Shown here piece by piece: positions 62,793 through 64,000 of a stretch of 64,000 bases of DNA. Each line of letters begins with the position of its first letter. The first letter of the stretch is position 1. This DNA comes from Dehalococcoidia bacterium (GTDB taxonomy: Bacteria; Chloroflexota; Dehalococcoidia; SZUA-161; SpSt-899), in NCBI GenBank assembly GCA_046498265.1, contig JAWOBB010000041.1:18362-82361 (forward strand). The letters run 5' to 3'. The notes under the pieces are model-generated. The model had not been told where the DNA came from. It saw only the letters and a program-made list of their open reading frames with translations, and ran no database searches. A program made the translations under genes and the position numbers.

Positions 62793-62795
62793 TTT

Positions 62796-63017
62796 CTAGG
62801 CGACCACCACAGTCTGGATACCAACAAATTCGGCTTCCAAATCAGGCTCACCATCCTCAAGTAACATTGCGACTACCTCACGCAGGTTGTCGTTCAACTC
62901 GTCAAGTGTTTTGCCCTGAGAATGAGCGCCTGGAAAGCCCGGGATATAACCAACATAAAGGTCAGTGTCAGAACACTTTTCAATGACCGCTTGATATGTT
63001 TTCACGGGATACTCCAT
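62796..63017 (-). CDS. hicB: HicB-family antitoxin
   Basis: 73 aa; YQAVIEKCSDTDLYVGYIPGFPGAHSQGKTLDELNDNLREVVAMLLEDGE matches the HicB/UPF0150 signature. Confidence 0.8.
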   Translation of the reverse strand: MEYPVKTYQAVIEKCSDTDLYVGYIPGFPGAHSQGKTLDELNDNLREVVAMLLEDGEPDLEAEFVGIQTVVVA

Positions 63018-63219
63018 TTAGATCAATTCATCCACTATGGATATTCATTTTATCCCTAATCAGTAGATTTTGCAAAAGTTACGATATTCAACGGGCAATC
63101 CCCTTTTTGAATCAGAGGCATAAAGCTCGAATTGAGAAGCCGCCAGATGCATGGTAGCTGTGTCCCCCGATCCCCGACCCCTGATCCCTGTACTAGCCAC
63201 AGAGGGCACAGAGAACGCA

Positions 63220-63249
63220 GAAAAAAAACCTCCCTCCCTTGAGGGAGGG
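63220..63249 (-). terminator. Rho-independent terminator downstream of the methyltransferase cassette
   Basis: On the minus strand: 8-bp GC stem tccctccc / gggaggga, loop tcaa, then an 8-T run. Confidence 0.6.
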
Positions 63250-63443
63250 ATTAGAGGGAGGGTGAAATGCACAAATGAGTAGCAGGTTCACGGTGCCAAG
63301 TTCACGGTTATCGGTTCTCCTGTAGGGGCAATCCCTTGGCTGGTTCCTACGGTCCTCCGTGGGAACGGATTTCTCGTTTTCCGGCCCGTGCCTCCTGATC
63401 CCCAAACTACCATCAATAATTAATAAGGTGTATCTTTAATTAA

Positions 63444-64000
63444 TCATTCGATTACATTACTCATTTTTGAGGGAATAATGCTCCATCGTATTCTTGATAA
63501 ATCCTCATTAGCATTAGGTTTTCGAAAAACGAAGAGGTGTTCATGCATGATGAGATAGAAACCGTATTGTTTTGCACGAGTTATCCAGCGAGTTGAATAG
63601 ACACAGTTATGCTGTGCTTTTATAATGTCCTCTTTTAAGGCAAATCCGTTTTGTAGAAACTTTTGAAGTACCAAATATGAAAGTGGAACGTAGTGTTGGG
63701 CTTTCCGCGTATCGCCAACCAAAATCGCACAATAACGATTCGGTTTAAGAACGCGGTACATCTCTTTTATGCCAGCATCTAGTTCATCGCAGAATTTCTG
63801 AGGGCTGGCAATATTTGAAAAGTCCCCTTCGATTTTACCTTTAGAATATGTAACGAGGTTAAGGTATGGAGGATGGGTACATATTAAGTCAATAGAATTG
63901 TTTTTAGTATAATTAAGTGAGCGTACGTCCGCTTGATATACATCCTGTTTTGAATTTGTGGTAAACTCAAAATCAATCGCTTGCCTCGTCAGTTCGACTG
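63444..64000 (-). CDS. DNA methyltransferase (N6-adenine/N4-cytosine, DPPY-motif class), C-terminal part; gene runs off the window end
   Basis: The frame stays open beyond the track ORF's first Met: ...DLICTHPPYLNLVTYSKGKIEGDFSNIA...MYRVLKPNRYCAILVGD... DLICTHPPY is motif IV and RYCAILVGD lies in the catalytic region. About 40-45% GC. Confidence 0.75.
   Translation of the reverse strand, partial: VELTRQAIDFEFTTNSKQDVYQADVRSLNYTKNNSIDLICTHPPYLNLVTYSKGKIEGDFSNIASPQKFCDELDAGIKEMYRVLKPNRYCAILVGDTRKAQHYVPLSYLVLQKFLQNGFALKEDIIKAQHNCVYSTRWITRAKQYGFYLIMHEHLFVFRKPNANEDLSRIRWSIIPSKMSNVIE

Noticed and set aside
63060-63405. Minus-strand ORFs 63060..63272 and 63193..63405
   Set aside because: They fall entirely within the repeat- and terminator-rich intergenic region. 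They overlap a strong hairpin plus T-run and use non-ATG starts. They are probably non-coding.

Overview
This 64-kb window is bacterial chromosomal DNA, mostly about 55-60% GC and densely coded, mostly on the minus strand. CDS coordinates follow the supplied ORF track and include the stop codon; coordinates I derived myself (tRNAs, repeats, hairpins, internal starts) are good to about +/-3 nt.

Core content, in order:
- C1/folate genes fhs (partial at the window edge) and folD.
- A FadH-like Old-Yellow-Enzyme reductase with an enoyl-CoA hydratase.
- A CaCA exchanger followed by a stomatin/NfeD pair.
- An overlapping PRK-family kinase and sucrose-phosphate-synthase-like GT4 pair.
- A glycan-utilisation cluster: frameshifted GH31, FucI-like isomerase, GH38 alpha-mannosidase and xylulokinase.
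- A MacAB-type efflux operon with an atypical long lipoprotein adaptor, then proBA.
- The conserved tRNA(Thr-Tyr-Thr)-tuf-rpmG-secE-nusG-rplKAJL block. rpoBC lies about 13 kb away from it.
- A complete AmmeMemoRadiSam triad (AMMECR1, Memo-like, radical SAM).
- A methanogen-type homocysteine-synthesis set (DUF39, NIL-ferredoxin, UPF0280/COG2122-like), then mutS and cimA.
- A UDP-GlcNAc cluster: two GlmU-like paralogues, glmS, glmM.

The most unusual region is the last 4.7 kb (59.3-64 kb). It is a low-GC (about 40-45%) island of same-strand small genes:
- a Gfo/Idh/MocA-like protein plus a membrane protein, bounded by perfect 45-bp direct repeats;
- a hypothetical protein, an orphan HicB with a HicA remnant, an intact HicB-HicA pair, and a DNA methyltransferase running off the window.

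These genes are separated by a shared family of intergenic repeat motifs, one with attC-like inverted ends. The region is a candidate integron-type or other site-specific cassette array.

No rRNA, CRISPR array or transposase was found.
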